A stretch of DNA of 64,000 bases from Thermodesulfobacteriota bacterium (GTDB taxonomy: Bacteria; Desulfobacterota_D; UBA1144; Nemesobacterales; UBA2774). Positions within the stretch are counted from its first letter, which is position 1, and every line of letters starts with the position of its first letter. The notes below the pieces were generated by a model. The model saw only the letters and a list, made by a program, of their open reading frames with translations. It was not told where the DNA came from and made no database searches. The translations under genes and the position numbers were made by a program. The stretch is from positions 384,001-448,000 of the forward strand of contig OZ244991.1 of assembly GCA_965223335.1 (NCBI GenBank). The letters are read 5' to 3'. Below are positions 29,054 through 39,421 of this stretch, piece by piece.

Positions 29054-30532
29054 ATGGTTATAGAGTGCGAAAAGTGTAAGAGAAAGTTTAAGATCGACGA
29101 CAGCCGAATAAAACCTCCCGGCAGCAAGGTAAGGTGCTCTAAGTGCGGTCATATATTCTATGTAGAAAAAAATGAAACTTTTGAAGCCCCCGAGTTAACT
29201 GAAGATGACAGATTTCTAGAAGACGAGCAACAGTCCCAACCTCCCTCCGAGGAACAAGCCTCTCTGCAAGATGAAAGCCTCACAGATGAGTCTGCTCTCA
29301 ACTTCACGACCAACGAAACAGATGACGATAATGAGCCTGGGGACAGTGTGTTTTCTGTCGAACATATAGATCATCACGACACCGAGGATACTGCCATAGA
29401 AGACAAGATAAGCGGAATGATCCCTGAGACAAAAGAGCCGCCTGAACCCAATAAAACCCCTACAGGAGGAGACAACTGGGAAGAATTCGTATCCATTACT
29501 AAGACCGAGGACAACACTGCCGAGGTGGAACACTCTATTGAAACAGACTCAGAGGACCTAAGCATCGATCAATCCGCATTAAATGATTTCGACTGGGAGA
29601 ACATAAACATAGGCGACGATAAAGCCTCACAAGTACCCCAAACCGAGAGCACCGATCTATTTGCAGACGAACAAGAAGTCCCCACCGAAAGCGACGTGGA
29701 TGTAAGCGATGTTACCGAAACTACGGAGCAAATCCCCGACGAAACCACTACGAGTCCGGTCCAGCCCCAAGAGTTCACCGCACCGCCTGCAACTGAGGAA
29801 TTTAACGAACCCGTATTGACACTGGATACCGAGGTAGATCGATCCACAGGCCCGGTGTCCTCCCCCATGCCCTCTTACGAACAACCCCCGGATTCTAAAC
29901 CACCCCCTTCTTACCGGCGACCCTCTAAAAGAAAAAATGTAAGGATACTGCGTAAAATAGCTTATACCATTGTTGCAATCTGCATCCTCACAGTGCTCAC
30001 AGTGGCAACGTTTATAATACTCACCAACCTGGGAATCATCCATAAACATAAAGCCCAGGAAATCTCAGCCACTATAAAAGCTATGCTGCCATTTACCTTC
30101 GAGGAACAAAGTAAGCGTCATGTAATTATCACACAGCACAGTGGGGGGTGGTTGGATACAAAAAACGGTCATATCTATGTGATCACCGGAGCAGTAAAGA
30201 ATCGCTCCAGCGCACCAGTAAATTACATTAAGATTAAAAGCGAGTTCGTTTCAGCGGGTGATATTCTCTTTGAGGACCATATTTATGCAGGAAACACATT
30301 CACAAAAAAAGAGCTTCAAAACTCGTCGTTTGAACAGTTGCTAAGGAAGTTAAAAAAGAAAAACGGTGATGTAAACTTCGACAACCTAAGCAAGCTCGCC
30401 GGACTAAACCTCGACATTCAGCCCTCGGAATCCATCCCGTTTTTTGCAATTTTCCCCTCAAAAAGCATTATTAGGGGCCTCAAGTACAACTTAAATGTAC
30501 TTGACTACGAGGGCGAGCCTCAAAATGAATAA
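29054..30532 (+). CDS. MJ0042-type zinc-ribbon protein with acidic linker, TM helix and DUF3426-like domain
   Basis: N-terminal CEKC...KVRCSKC, long D/E-rich region, single TM helix, C-terminal ITGAVKN. Confidence 0.8.
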   Translation: MVIECEKCKRKFKIDDSRIKPPGSKVRCSKCGHIFYVEKNETFEAPELTEDDRFLEDEQQSQPPSEEQASLQDESLTDESALNFTTNETDDDNEPGDSVFSVEHIDHHDTEDTAIEDKISGMIPETKEPPEPNKTPTGGDNWEEFVSITKTEDNTAEVEHSIETDSEDLSIDQSALNDFDWENINIGDDKASQVPQTESTDLFADEQEVPTESDVDVSDVTETTEQIPDETTTSPVQPQEFTAPPATEEFNEPVLTLDTEVDRSTGPVSSPMPSYEQPPDSKPPPSYRRPSKRKNVRILRKIAYTIVAICILTVLTVATFIILTNLGIIHKHKAQEISATIKAMLPFTFEEQSKRHVIITQHSGGWLDTKNGHIYVITGAVKNRSSAPVNYIKIKSEFVSAGDILFEDHIYAGNTFTKKELQNSSFEQLLRKLKKKNGDVNFDNLSKLAGLNLDIQPSESIPFFAIFPSKSIIRGLKYNLNVLDYEGEPQNE

Positions 30533-30743
30533 TATCCTACCGCCTATTATAATACACATCTAAGATATTACTTTACTTCTTGCTATTTTTCTCATCTCAA
30601 GTAAAATGTTTTTTTATAATAATTTTAGAATGCAATGCAACCCTTCACCTTTTACCCACTGTATATTTAGGTTTTTTAAACGGTAGCTAAAGCGTTCTAT
30701 ATATTATTAAATTAGATTTTTTTACTATCAGGTGAGGTAATAT

Positions 30744-31175
30744 ATGAAAGCTACCCGTCTAAAAATCAGCGTGAGTCAGGACGGGCTACTCCCGCAAGAA
30801 ACTGCTGAAATTGCTACTCTAGAGTTCCCTAATCTGCCAAAAAAGTTGCTAAAAGCACTCGGCTTCGAGCGAGTGGATGCAAAAACATATGTCGGGGTAC
30901 TGCCAATATTTATCAACCTGGGTGATAAGGACCAAGAAATCGAAATAGAACTCGGTGTTACTCTACCGGAAATGCGGAAAAAGGTGATAGAGATTGTAAA
31001 AACTCCTACAAGGCTCATTGCCGCAGCCGAAGAGCCAAAACCTAAAAAACCGCGCACTAAAGCAACTGCCACTAAAACATCTAGTACAAAAACAACTGCT
31101 ACGAAAACAACTGCACGAAAAAAGACAGAGCAGTCTAAAAAAACCACGGCTCGCAAAACCACAAGGGCACGTTAA
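30744..31175 (+). CDS. Hypothetical protein with histone H1-like K/T/A/R-rich tail
   Basis: GAGGT RBS; stop abuts the guaB start; TKTTA-like repeats. Confidence 0.7.
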   Translation: MKATRLKISVSQDGLLPQETAEIATLEFPNLPKKLLKALGFERVDAKTYVGVLPIFINLGDKDQEIEIELGVTLPEMRKKVIEIVKTPTRLIAAAEEPKPKKPRTKATATKTSSTKTTATKTTARKKTEQSKKTTARKTTRAR

Positions 31176-32648
31176 ATGCTTTCCGAAAAAGTCGCAGAAT
31201 GCCTAACCTTCGACGACGTTCTCCTAGTCCCGGCTTACTCCGAGATCTTACCCAACGAATGCGACACCTCGACGTTTCTTACAAACAACATAAAACTTAA
31301 TATCCCTTTGGTAAGCGCTGCTATGGACACGGTTACAGAATCCAAAACCGCAATCTCCATGGCGCAAGAGGGAGGGATCGGGATCATTCATAAAAATCTG
31401 GATGTTGCGAAACAGGCAGCAGAGGTAACGAAGGTAAAGAAATACGAGAGCGGTATGATTGTAAACCCTCTAACCGTGAGACCAACACACCGAGTACAGG
31501 AAGCGCTCGATATAATGCTCAAATACAATATTACCGGTCTGCCAGTAACCAAGGACGACGACACTCTACTGGGCATCATTACCTATAGGGATTTAAGGTT
31601 TGAAAAAAACCTCGACTTTAGGGTCGACAAGATTATGACCCCCAAAAAAAAGCTCATAACCACTCAAGAAGGTACCAACCTCGAGGAGGCCAAGGAGCTT
31701 TTGCATCAATACCGTATAGAGAAACTCCCGGTGGTAGATAAAAAGTTCAGGCTGCGTGGCCTAATAACAATGAAAGATATTGAGAAGATAGAGAAGTTCC
31801 CCAAGGCGTCTAAGGACAAGATGGGGAGGTTGCGTTGTGGTGCGGCTGTGGGTGTGGGTGATGACCGAGAAGAGCGCATCGAGGCACTCATGGGAGTCGG
31901 CTGTGACGTAATAGTAATAGACACCGCACATGGGCATTCCAAGCGGGTAATAGATTCCGTTAAAGCAACCAAATCTAATTTTAAAAAAATCGAGTTAATA
32001 GCCGGCAACATCGGCACCGGTGACGGTGCAAGAGCGCTGATCAAGGCCGGTGCAGACGGGGTAAAGGTAGGTGTGGGACCGGGATCCATTTGCACCACTA
32101 GAATAATAGCAGGCATTGGGGTCCCTCAAATAAGCGCGATCAAAGATGTAGCAAAGGCTGCGGAGAAACACAACATCCCCGTTATTGCAGACGGGGGTAT
32201 TAAATACTCGGGCGATATTGCAAAGGCCATAGGCTCGGGTGCACACTCTGTGATGATAGGCAACCTGTTTGCAGGTACGGATGAGGCTCCCGGTGAAACC
32301 GTGCTATACCAAGGAAGGACTTACAAGGTTTATAGGGGTATGGGATCTATCGAAGCCATGAAAAAGGGTAGCCGTGACCGTTATGCTCAGGACCCGGGTG
32401 AGATGATCGAGGCCAAACTCGTCCCCGAAGGTATCGAGGGGCGTATCCCCTACAGAGGACCCATTGGGAGTTCCGTCTACCAACTCGTTGGTGGGCTTAG
32501 GGCCGGGATGGGATACACAGGGTGTAAAACTATCGAGAAACTTCGCAAAAACGCAAAATTTATACGTGTTACAAACGCAGGTTTAAGAGAGGGGCATGTT
32601 CACGATGTTATAATCACAAAAGAAGCACCCAACTACAGAATTGAGTGA
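31176..32648 (+). CDS. guaB: IMP dehydrogenase
   Basis: [11 protein letters not shown] pair, [15 protein letters not shown]. Confidence 0.98.
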   Translation: MLSEKVAECLTFDDVLLVPAYSEILPNECDTSTFLTNNIKLNIPLVSAAMDTVTESKTAISMAQEGGIGIIHKNLDVAKQAAEVTKVKKYESGMIVNPLTVRPTHRVQEALDIMLKYNITGLPVTKDDDTLLGIITYRDLRFEKNLDFRVDKIMTPKKKLITTQEGTNLEEAKELLHQYRIEKLPVVDKKFRLRGLITMKDIEKIEKFPKASKDKMGRLRCGAAVGVGDDREERIEALMGVGCDVIVIDTAHGHSKRVIDSVKATKSNFKKIELIAGNIGTGDGARALIKAGADGVKVGVGPGSICTTRIIAGIGVPQISAIKDVAKAAEKHNIPVIADGGIKYSGDIAKAIGSGAHSVMIGNLFAGTDEAPGETVLYQGRTYKVYRGMGSIEAMKKGSRDRYAQDPGEMIEAKLVPEGIEGRIPYRGPIGSSVYQLVGGLRAGMGYTGCKTIEKLRKNAKFIRVTNAGLREGHVHDVIITKEAPNYRIE

Positions 32649-32725
32649 TTGTACATTTGCCCAAACCCAGTACACTTCATAACCTAATATATATAGTTTT
32701 TCTAAGTTGCTAACCGGCCATAGAT

Positions 32726-34261
32726 ATGCGCGAAACGGTATTGGTACTCGATTTCGGTTCACAGTACACCCAGTTAATTGCAAGGCGTGTCCGTGAACAA
32801 AACGTATATTCAGAGATCAGACCCTACAATACCCCCATCGACCAAATTCGGGAACTTAACCCCAAAGCCTTAATCCTATCGGGCGGCCCGGCAAGTGTAT
32901 GGGACACCGATCCCCCGCTAATCTCACAGGATATTGTTCAGTTGGATATACCCATACTCGGTATATGCTATGGGATGCAGTTACTCATGCATTTGCTGGG
33001 AGGTGTGGTAGAGCGCTCGGACAAGCGCGAATTCGGACCCTCGGAACTTTTCATTACGGCACAAAAGGCTCTGCTCTTTGACGATATCCCCTCAAATACG
33101 AGCGTTTGGATGTCGCATAGCGATAAAGTGCTCGAACTCCCGGGCGAATTTGTGGTTATAGCAAAGAGCGATAATTCGCCAATCGCGGCGATTAAACACA
33201 GAGAGAAACCCATCTACTGCACCCAGTTCCACCCCGAGGTCGTACACACGAAATACGGTTCTCAGATAATATCCAACTTCGTTCACAAAATTGCCGGCTG
33301 CACCAAATCATGGTCACCTGAAATGTTTGCCACCTCCACGATCGAGGCCATTAAAAACCAGGTGGGGGATGCAAGCGCTGTCTGTGCACTATCAGGAGGG
33401 GTGGATTCAGCCGTGGCAGCGCTTATTATGCAGAGGGCCATATGGGACAAGCTCCACTGTGTATTTGTAGACACGGGAATGATGAGGCTAAACGAAGCTA
33501 AAGAGGTCGTTAAAAGCTTTAGAGACATGGGTTTTAACCTACGCCATGTCGATGCCAAAGACCGGTTTCTTAAGAAACTCCACGGCGTATCGGACCCGGA
33601 ACAAAAACGCAAGATTATCGGCAATGAATTCATCGGCATATTTGAGGAAGAGGCCAGTACGATTGATAATGCAGAGTTCCTCGTACAGGGCACCTTATAC
33701 CCCGACGTAATAGAGAGCGTGAGTGTAAAAGGCCCCTCAGCAACTATAAAAACCCATCATAATGTCGGGGGTCTGCCTGAAAAAATGAATCTAAAGCTGG
33801 TGGAGCCATTGCGCGAGCTTTTTAAAGACGAGGTCCGCGCAGTAGGACGTGAGTTGGGGCTTGTGCCCGAGATACTTAACCGCCATCCCTTCCCGGGACC
33901 CGGGCTTGCCATAAGAATACTGGGGGAGATAGATGAGGCTACACTCGACACGCTAAGACTTGCAGACCATATATTCATCGAAGAGATACGAAAAGCTGGG
34001 ATCTACGATGAAATTTGGCAGGCGTTCTGTGTGTTCCTACCCGTACAGTCAGTGGGAGTGATGGGAGATGAGAGGACATACGAGAATGCAATTGCTGTGC
34101 GCGCGGTTACAAGTGTGGATGGAATGACAGCCGGATGGGCCAAAATACCCTACGATGTGCTCGAGAAAATATCTGTGAGAATAATTAATGAAGTAGCAGG
34201 TATTAACCGTGTGGTTTATGATATCTCTACTAAACCGCCCAGTACTATAGAGTGGGAATAA
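32726..34261 (+). CDS. guaA: GMP synthase (glutamine-hydrolysing)
   Basis: [34 protein letters not shown]. Confidence 0.98.
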   Translation: MRETVLVLDFGSQYTQLIARRVREQNVYSEIRPYNTPIDQIRELNPKALILSGGPASVWDTDPPLISQDIVQLDIPILGICYGMQLLMHLLGGVVERSDKREFGPSELFITAQKALLFDDIPSNTSVWMSHSDKVLELPGEFVVIAKSDNSPIAAIKHREKPIYCTQFHPEVVHTKYGSQIISNFVHKIAGCTKSWSPEMFATSTIEAIKNQVGDASAVCALSGGVDSAVAALIMQRAIWDKLHCVFVDTGMMRLNEAKEVVKSFRDMGFNLRHVDAKDRFLKKLHGVSDPEQKRKIIGNEFIGIFEEEASTIDNAEFLVQGTLYPDVIESVSVKGPSATIKTHHNVGGLPEKMNLKLVEPLRELFKDEVRAVGRELGLVPEILNRHPFPGPGLAIRILGEIDEATLDTLRLADHIFIEEIRKAGIYDEIWQAFCVFLPVQSVGVMGDERTYENAIAVRAVTSVDGMTAGWAKIPYDVLEKISVRIINEVAGINRVVYDISTKPPSTIEWE

Positions 34262-34274
34262 CCCCGCAAACAAG

Positions 34275-34481
34275 TTATTTAGGTTTTTTGAAAACCCCGA
34301 ACTCACCCATTAATGATACAAGCTCCCAAGACTGAGCACCCAGTCTATTAAGCTCCGACTCAAGACCGACCCCGATCTTGGCCCTTCTGGACTCAGCAGC
34401 CTCTTTAGACACAGCTATATCGTGGTTATCCGACTGATGGAATAGATTATTGACATTCACAACCTTATATTCCCACTTCAT
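34275..34481 (-). CDS. DUF4177-like small protein
   Basis: MKWEYKV...LNRLGAQSWELV...FKKP. Confidence 0.75.
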   Translation of the reverse strand: MKWEYKVVNVNNLFHQSDNHDIAVSKEAAESRRAKIGVGLESELNRLGAQSWELVSLMGEFGVFKKPK

Positions 34482-34696
34482 TCGGTTTCTTCCCCTTCCG
34501 AAAGTGCTGACTCGGCCTCGGCCTCAACCTGCTCTTCTACTGCGTCTTCACCTTCGAACTCTAGAGGCTCGCCCTTGTCTTCGGCATCATCTAAGCTTTT
34601 TAAATATTTTTTATACTCAGCTTGTGTGATTTTTCCTTCTTTTAAATTCCTGTCCACAATCCTCACGTCGTATAGGAATTGATCTTTATCTTTCAT
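34478..34696 (-). CDS. Small acidic hypothetical protein
   Basis: GAGGAGG RBS; 4-bp overlap with the next gene; DVRIVDRNL..G.IT..EY pattern. Confidence 0.7.
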   Translation of the reverse strand: MKDKDQFLYDVRIVDRNLKEGKITQAEYKKYLKSLDDAEDKGEPLEFEGEDAVEEQVEAEAESALSEGEETE

Positions 34697-34801
34697 GCAC
34701 TAACCTCCTCGGGACTTAAATGATACCTTATCAACTAACATGCGCAACGAATGACAACTGTGATAAGTTGAAATTGCTTGTACACTTATACAACTAAATC
34801 C

Positions 34802-35725
34802 TCAAGACTGTGTTTCTTTAAACCACTGCCAGGTTTTGAGAATCCCCTCATCGATCGGGGTACGGGGTGCCCAATCCAACACTTGATTGGCAAGGCTAAT
34901 GTCAAGGCTTATCCTCTCTACCTCACCATGGCGTGCCTCTGCATACTCTACTCCCACATCTGTTTTTGAAGCTACTTGCAATAACCTCACGAGTTCATTA
35001 ACAGAGGTCTCTACAGCAGTACCAATATTGTAGCTCCCTCGGGGGGCATCCAGAGCCTTTAAATTGGCATCGGCCACATCCTCTACAAAGACGTAATCCC
35101 TGGTCTGCTCACCGTCACCGAATATCTTACAATCTTCACCGTTAAGAATCTTGTTGCAGAATATTGCCACAACACCCGCTTCACCATGGGGGTTTTGACG
35201 TGGGCCGTATACGTTTGCGTACCTAAGCGCCACGTAATCGAGCCCATGCACAGCATTGTAGTACTCTAGATATTTCTCGATCGAATATTTCGACACTCCA
35301 TAGGGCGAGATAGGCATTGGTGCTGTGTGTTCATTTGCCGGTAGATCGTTGGGCTCGCCATATATTGCACCACCTGTGGATGCAAACAAAAATTTCTTAA
35401 GTGAATAGGCAAGGGAAAGTTGCAGGAGGTTAAGCGTGCCTATAATATTTACCTCCGAGTCATAACACGGGTCGTCCACTGACTTCCTTACATCGATCTG
35501 CGCTGCGTGGTGACTGATCACGTCGGGTTTGAAATCTTGAATAACTCCCTCCAACCCATTCTTATCCCTTATATCGAGTTCTATAAGATCGGCCCGGTCA
35601 GGCACGTTTGAACTAACACCGCTAGTAAGGTTATCAATGACCCTTACTTCGGCTCCATTCTCCAAAAACTTATCTGCTACCCATGATCCTATAAAACCTG
35701 CCCCACCTGTCACTAGTATCTTCAA
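34802..35725 (-). CDS. NAD-dependent epimerase (UDP-glucose 4-epimerase-like)
   Basis: TGGAGFIG, STGGAIYG, YGVSK, LRYANVYGP. Confidence 0.9.
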   Translation of the reverse strand: MKILVTGGAGFIGSWVADKFLENGAEVRVIDNLTSGVSSNVPDRADLIELDIRDKNGLEGVIQDFKPDVISHHAAQIDVRKSVDDPCYDSEVNIIGTLNLLQLSLAYSLKKFLFASTGGAIYGEPNDLPANEHTAPMPISPYGVSKYSIEKYLEYYNAVHGLDYVALRYANVYGPRQNPHGEAGVVAIFCNKILNGEDCKIFGDGEQTRDYVFVEDVADANLKALDAPRGSYNIGTAVETSVNELVRLLQVASKTDVGVEYAEARHGEVERISLDISLANQVLDWAPRTPIDEGILKTWQWFKETQS

Positions 35726-35885
35726 AATACCACCCCTATAATAATGAGATCAAGCTAATATTTACTCCAATTTCTACTGTTGTCAATTAAGACGTGATAT
35801 TTTGAAACTTGGAATTATTACCGAACATAGCAGCCATAATTATATAATCTGCTTTAACTCATTAGGTTAAGTTGTGAACTTAAAT

Positions 35886-35925
35886 TGACAAATTTTGTCA
35901 TGACAAATGAATACAAATAATGTCA
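35886..35925 (+). promoter_or_regulatory. Putative enhancer-binding protein sites upstream of a sigma54 promoter
   Basis: TGACA-AATTT-TGTCA inverted repeat (35886-35900) and related ATACA-AATAA-TGTCA (35911-35925). Confidence 0.5.
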
Positions 35926-35985
35926 TATCGAATTCCCCAAATACAGTATATAAATGATTACGGTAGGTTAAAACCTCTAGATATA

Positions 35986-36001
35986 TGGCATAAATATTGC
36001 T
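35986..36001 (+). promoter_or_regulatory. sigma54 -24/-12 promoter
   Basis: TGGCATAAATATTGCT (GG-N10-GC), 25 bp before an ATG with GGAGG RBS. Confidence 0.75.
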
Positions 36002-36026
36002 TATATAGCTATCGGAGGTTAGTAAA

Positions 36027-37246
36027 ATGGATCGAGACCATATAAATCAAGTTAAGGGTGAGATGTACAACCAGGAGTTAAGCGACAACGGAACCTATAA
36101 CTCACAAAACGAAATCTACAGCACCGACAACTTCGACAGTCAAAACGAGTCGGAAAACACAGAGAACAAATCAAAAAAATCCAATAAAAATCAAAGCATA
36201 CCGGACGACGATTACCGTCTGCTCCAGACCTACTTTAAAGACGTAGGTACCGAATCGCTGCTCAGCCCTGCACAAGAAATTCAGATCTCTACAAAATTAA
36301 AAAAATACAAGGCCAATGCAGATAAACTCCAGGATATCCTAGACTCCATCGAAAAGAGCAAAGACAGAGCTACCACCATCAAAAGAGAACAGGTTTGCAA
36401 GTGTAACGTTGAAGAAAGGAAACAAAAGATCTCTAAACGAAAAATTCTAAACTCTCTGTCAAAAGAAAGAACCGAGAGACTAGCGGCTCTGCAAAGAGCG
36501 TATTCGAACCACGAGAAGTTTTATAAGAGCAAATTCATAAGGTCCAACCTGAGGCTTGTAATTAGCATTGCCAAGAACTACATCGGCAGAGGACTCCCCT
36601 GGCCGACCTCATTCAAGAGGGCAACATAGGGCTTATGAAGGCGGTTGAGAAATTCGACCCCACAAAAGGGTACAGGTTCTCGACCTATGCCTCTTGGTGG
36701 ATTATTCAAAGCATTACACGCTCGCTGTTTGATCAGACCCGTGTAATAAGAATACCCGTCCGAGTACTCGAACAGGCCAATAAAATTACCAGGACCACAA
36801 ACTACCTGCGTAACGAAAAAGGTAAAGCCCCCAAGCTGGAAGAGATCGCTGACCAGTCAGGGCTAAGCGTTAAAAAGGTAAAAAAAGTTATGAAGGCCAC
36901 ATCCACAAATGTTGTCTACGTCGATGCCTCAACCTCTAACACAGAAGACGGCAAGAGCAGCTTTTTGGACTTTATACCCGACAACAGACTTCCTACAGAC
37001 TCACTCATAGCCAAGGTGACTATGAACGAGAAAATCGAGGAGGCGCTCTCAAGCCTAAGCGAAAGGGAAGAAGACATACTGAGGATGAGGTTCGGGATAG
37101 GTTATGAAGACTACTACACACTCGATGAGATCGGCACACGCTACAGCCTCACTCGCGAGCGCATACGCCAGATCGAAAGACGTGCTCTAAAGAAACTAAA
37201 GCAGCAGGAAACAGGCGCTCTTCTAAAAGACTTCATCTCCTGCTAA
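36027..37246 (+). pseudogene. RpoD/RpoS-like sigma70 factor split by a 1-nt frameshift (pseudogene or sequencing error)
   Basis: ORF1 ends [38 protein letters not shown] continues in the -1 frame; region 4.2 TRERIRQIE; one extra C at 36596-36599 restores a 406-aa protein. Confidence 0.85.
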
Positions 37247-37273
37247 GCCTGTGTATAGATAGTACACACAGGC
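37247..37273. terminator. Hairpin between convergent genes
   Basis: GCCTGTGT...ACACAGGC inverted repeat; no strong U-tract. Confidence 0.4.
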
Positions 37274-37296
37274 CTTACACGCTGTATCTAAAAGTA

Positions 37297-38295
37297 TTAG
37301 TCCGGTCTGAGAGCTATCATGGATTCTCTCACCATTTCTCTCGTAGTTTTTGGTGGGAAGAGCAGTATGGGCAAGTCACATACACCGTTACGGTACTCCA
37401 TTAACTTTGATTTAACACTAGACGGGTCACCTGCAATAGACAACGAGTCAAGCATATCATCACTGACATGACTAATTGCTCCTTTCCTATCCTTATTCCT
37501 AAATAGTGAAATAATCTCATCAACCTCGGATTCAAAACCACAGTCCGAAATCACCCTCTTATAATAGTCCCCCATAGAGCCTATATAGTACGCAATGTGC
37601 TCGCGCACCAAATCTTTTGCAAGTTCCGTGTTTTCGGATACACACGCCGTTATATAGGGGCTTACAAAAACACTGTCTTTATCCCTGCCGGCATCTGTTG
37701 CAGCCTTTTCTAAATCCTCGACTAGCAACGGCATCCTATCTATAGGGACAAAATAGGGCAGCCATCCGTCTGCAATCTCACCCGTAAGCTGTATGTTCTT
37801 TGGACCCAAGGCAGCTATGATAATAGGCACATCACTCCTAAGTGGTTTGAACTGGAGCTTAAAGTTTTTTAGGTTAAATACCTCGCCCTCATAATTAACA
37901 CGCTCGAAGTTGAGTATCTTGCGTATGATATCGATCGTCTCTCTGGTCCGCTTAAGGGGTTTATCGAATTCCAACCCGTGCCAGTCCTCGATCACCGCCC
38001 GCCCGCTTGTACCCAGCCCGAGCATCATCCTTCCCCCGCTCACCTCGTCAAGGGTAGCAACTGTTTGAGCAATAAGTGCAGGGGTACGGCTGTACACAGA
38101 GATTATTCCCGTGCCGAACTTGATCTGCTCTGTATTAGCAATGAGCAGAGCTATGATGGAGATAACGTCCCTACCCCACATCTCGGGCATCCAGATAGAA
38201 TGGTAACACAAGTCCTCGGCCAGTTTCCCGAACTCTATCATCTCAGACTTTGTTATATCACTCCAGTAAGGCAGTACTAAGGCGACTCCCGACAT
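37297..38295 (-). CDS. LLM-class flavin-dependent oxidoreductase (Mer-like, possibly F420-dependent)
   Basis: WMPE, RTPALIAQTVATLDEVSGGRMMLGLGTS, AALGPKN, GEIADGW. Confidence 0.85.
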   Translation of the reverse strand: MSGVALVLPYWSDITKSEMIEFGKLAEDLCYHSIWMPEMWGRDVISIIALLIANTEQIKFGTGIISVYSRTPALIAQTVATLDEVSGGRMMLGLGTSGRAVIEDWHGLEFDKPLKRTRETIDIIRKILNFERVNYEGEVFNLKNFKLQFKPLRSDVPIIIAALGPKNIQLTGEIADGWLPYFVPIDRMPLLVEDLEKAATDAGRDKDSVFVSPYITACVSENTELAKDLVREHIAYYIGSMGDYYKRVISDCGFESEVDEIISLFRNKDRKGAISHVSDDMLDSLSIAGDPSSVKSKLMEYRNGVCDLPILLFPPKTTREMVRESMIALRPD

Positions 38296-38419
38296 CTAAG
38301 CTCCTCCGCGTAAATTCAAGATTGTAATAATTAACCTTACACTATTTAGGGCTATTTAACACAGACCCATCTCCGTATTATAATACAGATTCCAATTCTA
38401 AGCTTCGGAGGAGATTCCT

Positions 38420-39385
38420 ATGGACACACTACAAAGCGCAGCAGAGATCGCCGTTAGAAACTGTATGGACGTAAAACCGGGCGAAACAGTGCTCATAATC
38501 ACTGACGAAGCGCTAAGGAACATTGGGGTAATACTGTGGGAAGCCGCCCAAGCACACGGTGCCGAGGCCATTTTTACCCAGATAATACCCCGGCAATCAA
38601 ACGGAGAAGAACCCCCGCAGGCAATAGCGGAACTCATGCTCCATGCAGATGTCATACTGGTACCGACCTTCAAATCGCTAAGTCACACCGATTCCAGGCG
38701 TAATGCCAGTAAAAAGGGGGTAAGGATCGCCACTCTGCCGGGAATTACCGAAGCTACTATGATAAGAACCCTAAACGCTGACTACAACGAAATAGCTCGT
38801 AAGAGCGATACACTGGCAGGTTATATTAATAGGGGAAGCACTGTTCATATCGCTACTGAGCTCGGCACCGATATCACACTCTCGGTAGAGGGAAGGGACG
38901 CACTGTCCGACACAGGTTTAAACCACAACCCCGGCGACTTCAGCAATCTACCTGCTGGCGAGGCCTTTGTTGCACCTATCGAGGGCACCTCCAACGGCAC
39001 AATCGTCATAGACGGCTCTATGGCGGGAGTAGGTCTATTGGAAAGCGACAATATCACTATCACAGTAGAGGACGGCTACGCCACCCGGATCACGGGGGGT
39101 AAATCTGCCAAGAAGCTTCTCTCTATCATGGAGCCCTTTGGCAAGCTTGCATTTAACGTTGCGGAACTGGGTATTGGCACTCACGACAAGGCCATCATCA
39201 CAGGCAATGTACTTGAGGACGAAAAGGTTTTTGGCACCATTCACATCGCGTTTGGCGACAACAAGAGCATGGGTGGAAACATTAGAGTAGCAAGCCACCT
39301 AGACGGAGTTATTACAGGGCCCACACTGTCTGTTGACGGTGAGCTTTTGATAGACCGTGGCACGCATCTAGTATTCGAGACCTAA
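38420..39385 (+). CDS. M29-like aminopeptidase (thermophilic metalloprotease family)
   Basis: NLPAGE, AELGIG, EDEK..GTIHIAFG, HLDG. Confidence 0.85.
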   Translation: MDTLQSAAEIAVRNCMDVKPGETVLIITDEALRNIGVILWEAAQAHGAEAIFTQIIPRQSNGEEPPQAIAELMLHADVILVPTFKSLSHTDSRRNASKKGVRIATLPGITEATMIRTLNADYNEIARKSDTLAGYINRGSTVHIATELGTDITLSVEGRDALSDTGLNHNPGDFSNLPAGEAFVAPIEGTSNGTIVIDGSMAGVGLLESDNITITVEDGYATRITGGKSAKKLLSIMEPFGKLAFNVAELGIGTHDKAIITGNVLEDEKVFGTIHIAFGDNKSMGGNIRVASHLDGVITGPTLSVDGELLIDRGTHLVFET

Positions 39386-39421
39386 AAGAAAGTGTCTAAG
39401 ACGTGTGGTAAATTTATATAG

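Noticed and set aside
30533..30743. Purine riboswitch upstream of the guaB operon
   Set aside because: AT-rich promoter-like DNA without a convincing three-stem aptamer
36635..37246. Independent 203-aa sigma factor
   Set aside because: It begins inside region 2.2; it is the distal half of the frameshifted gene
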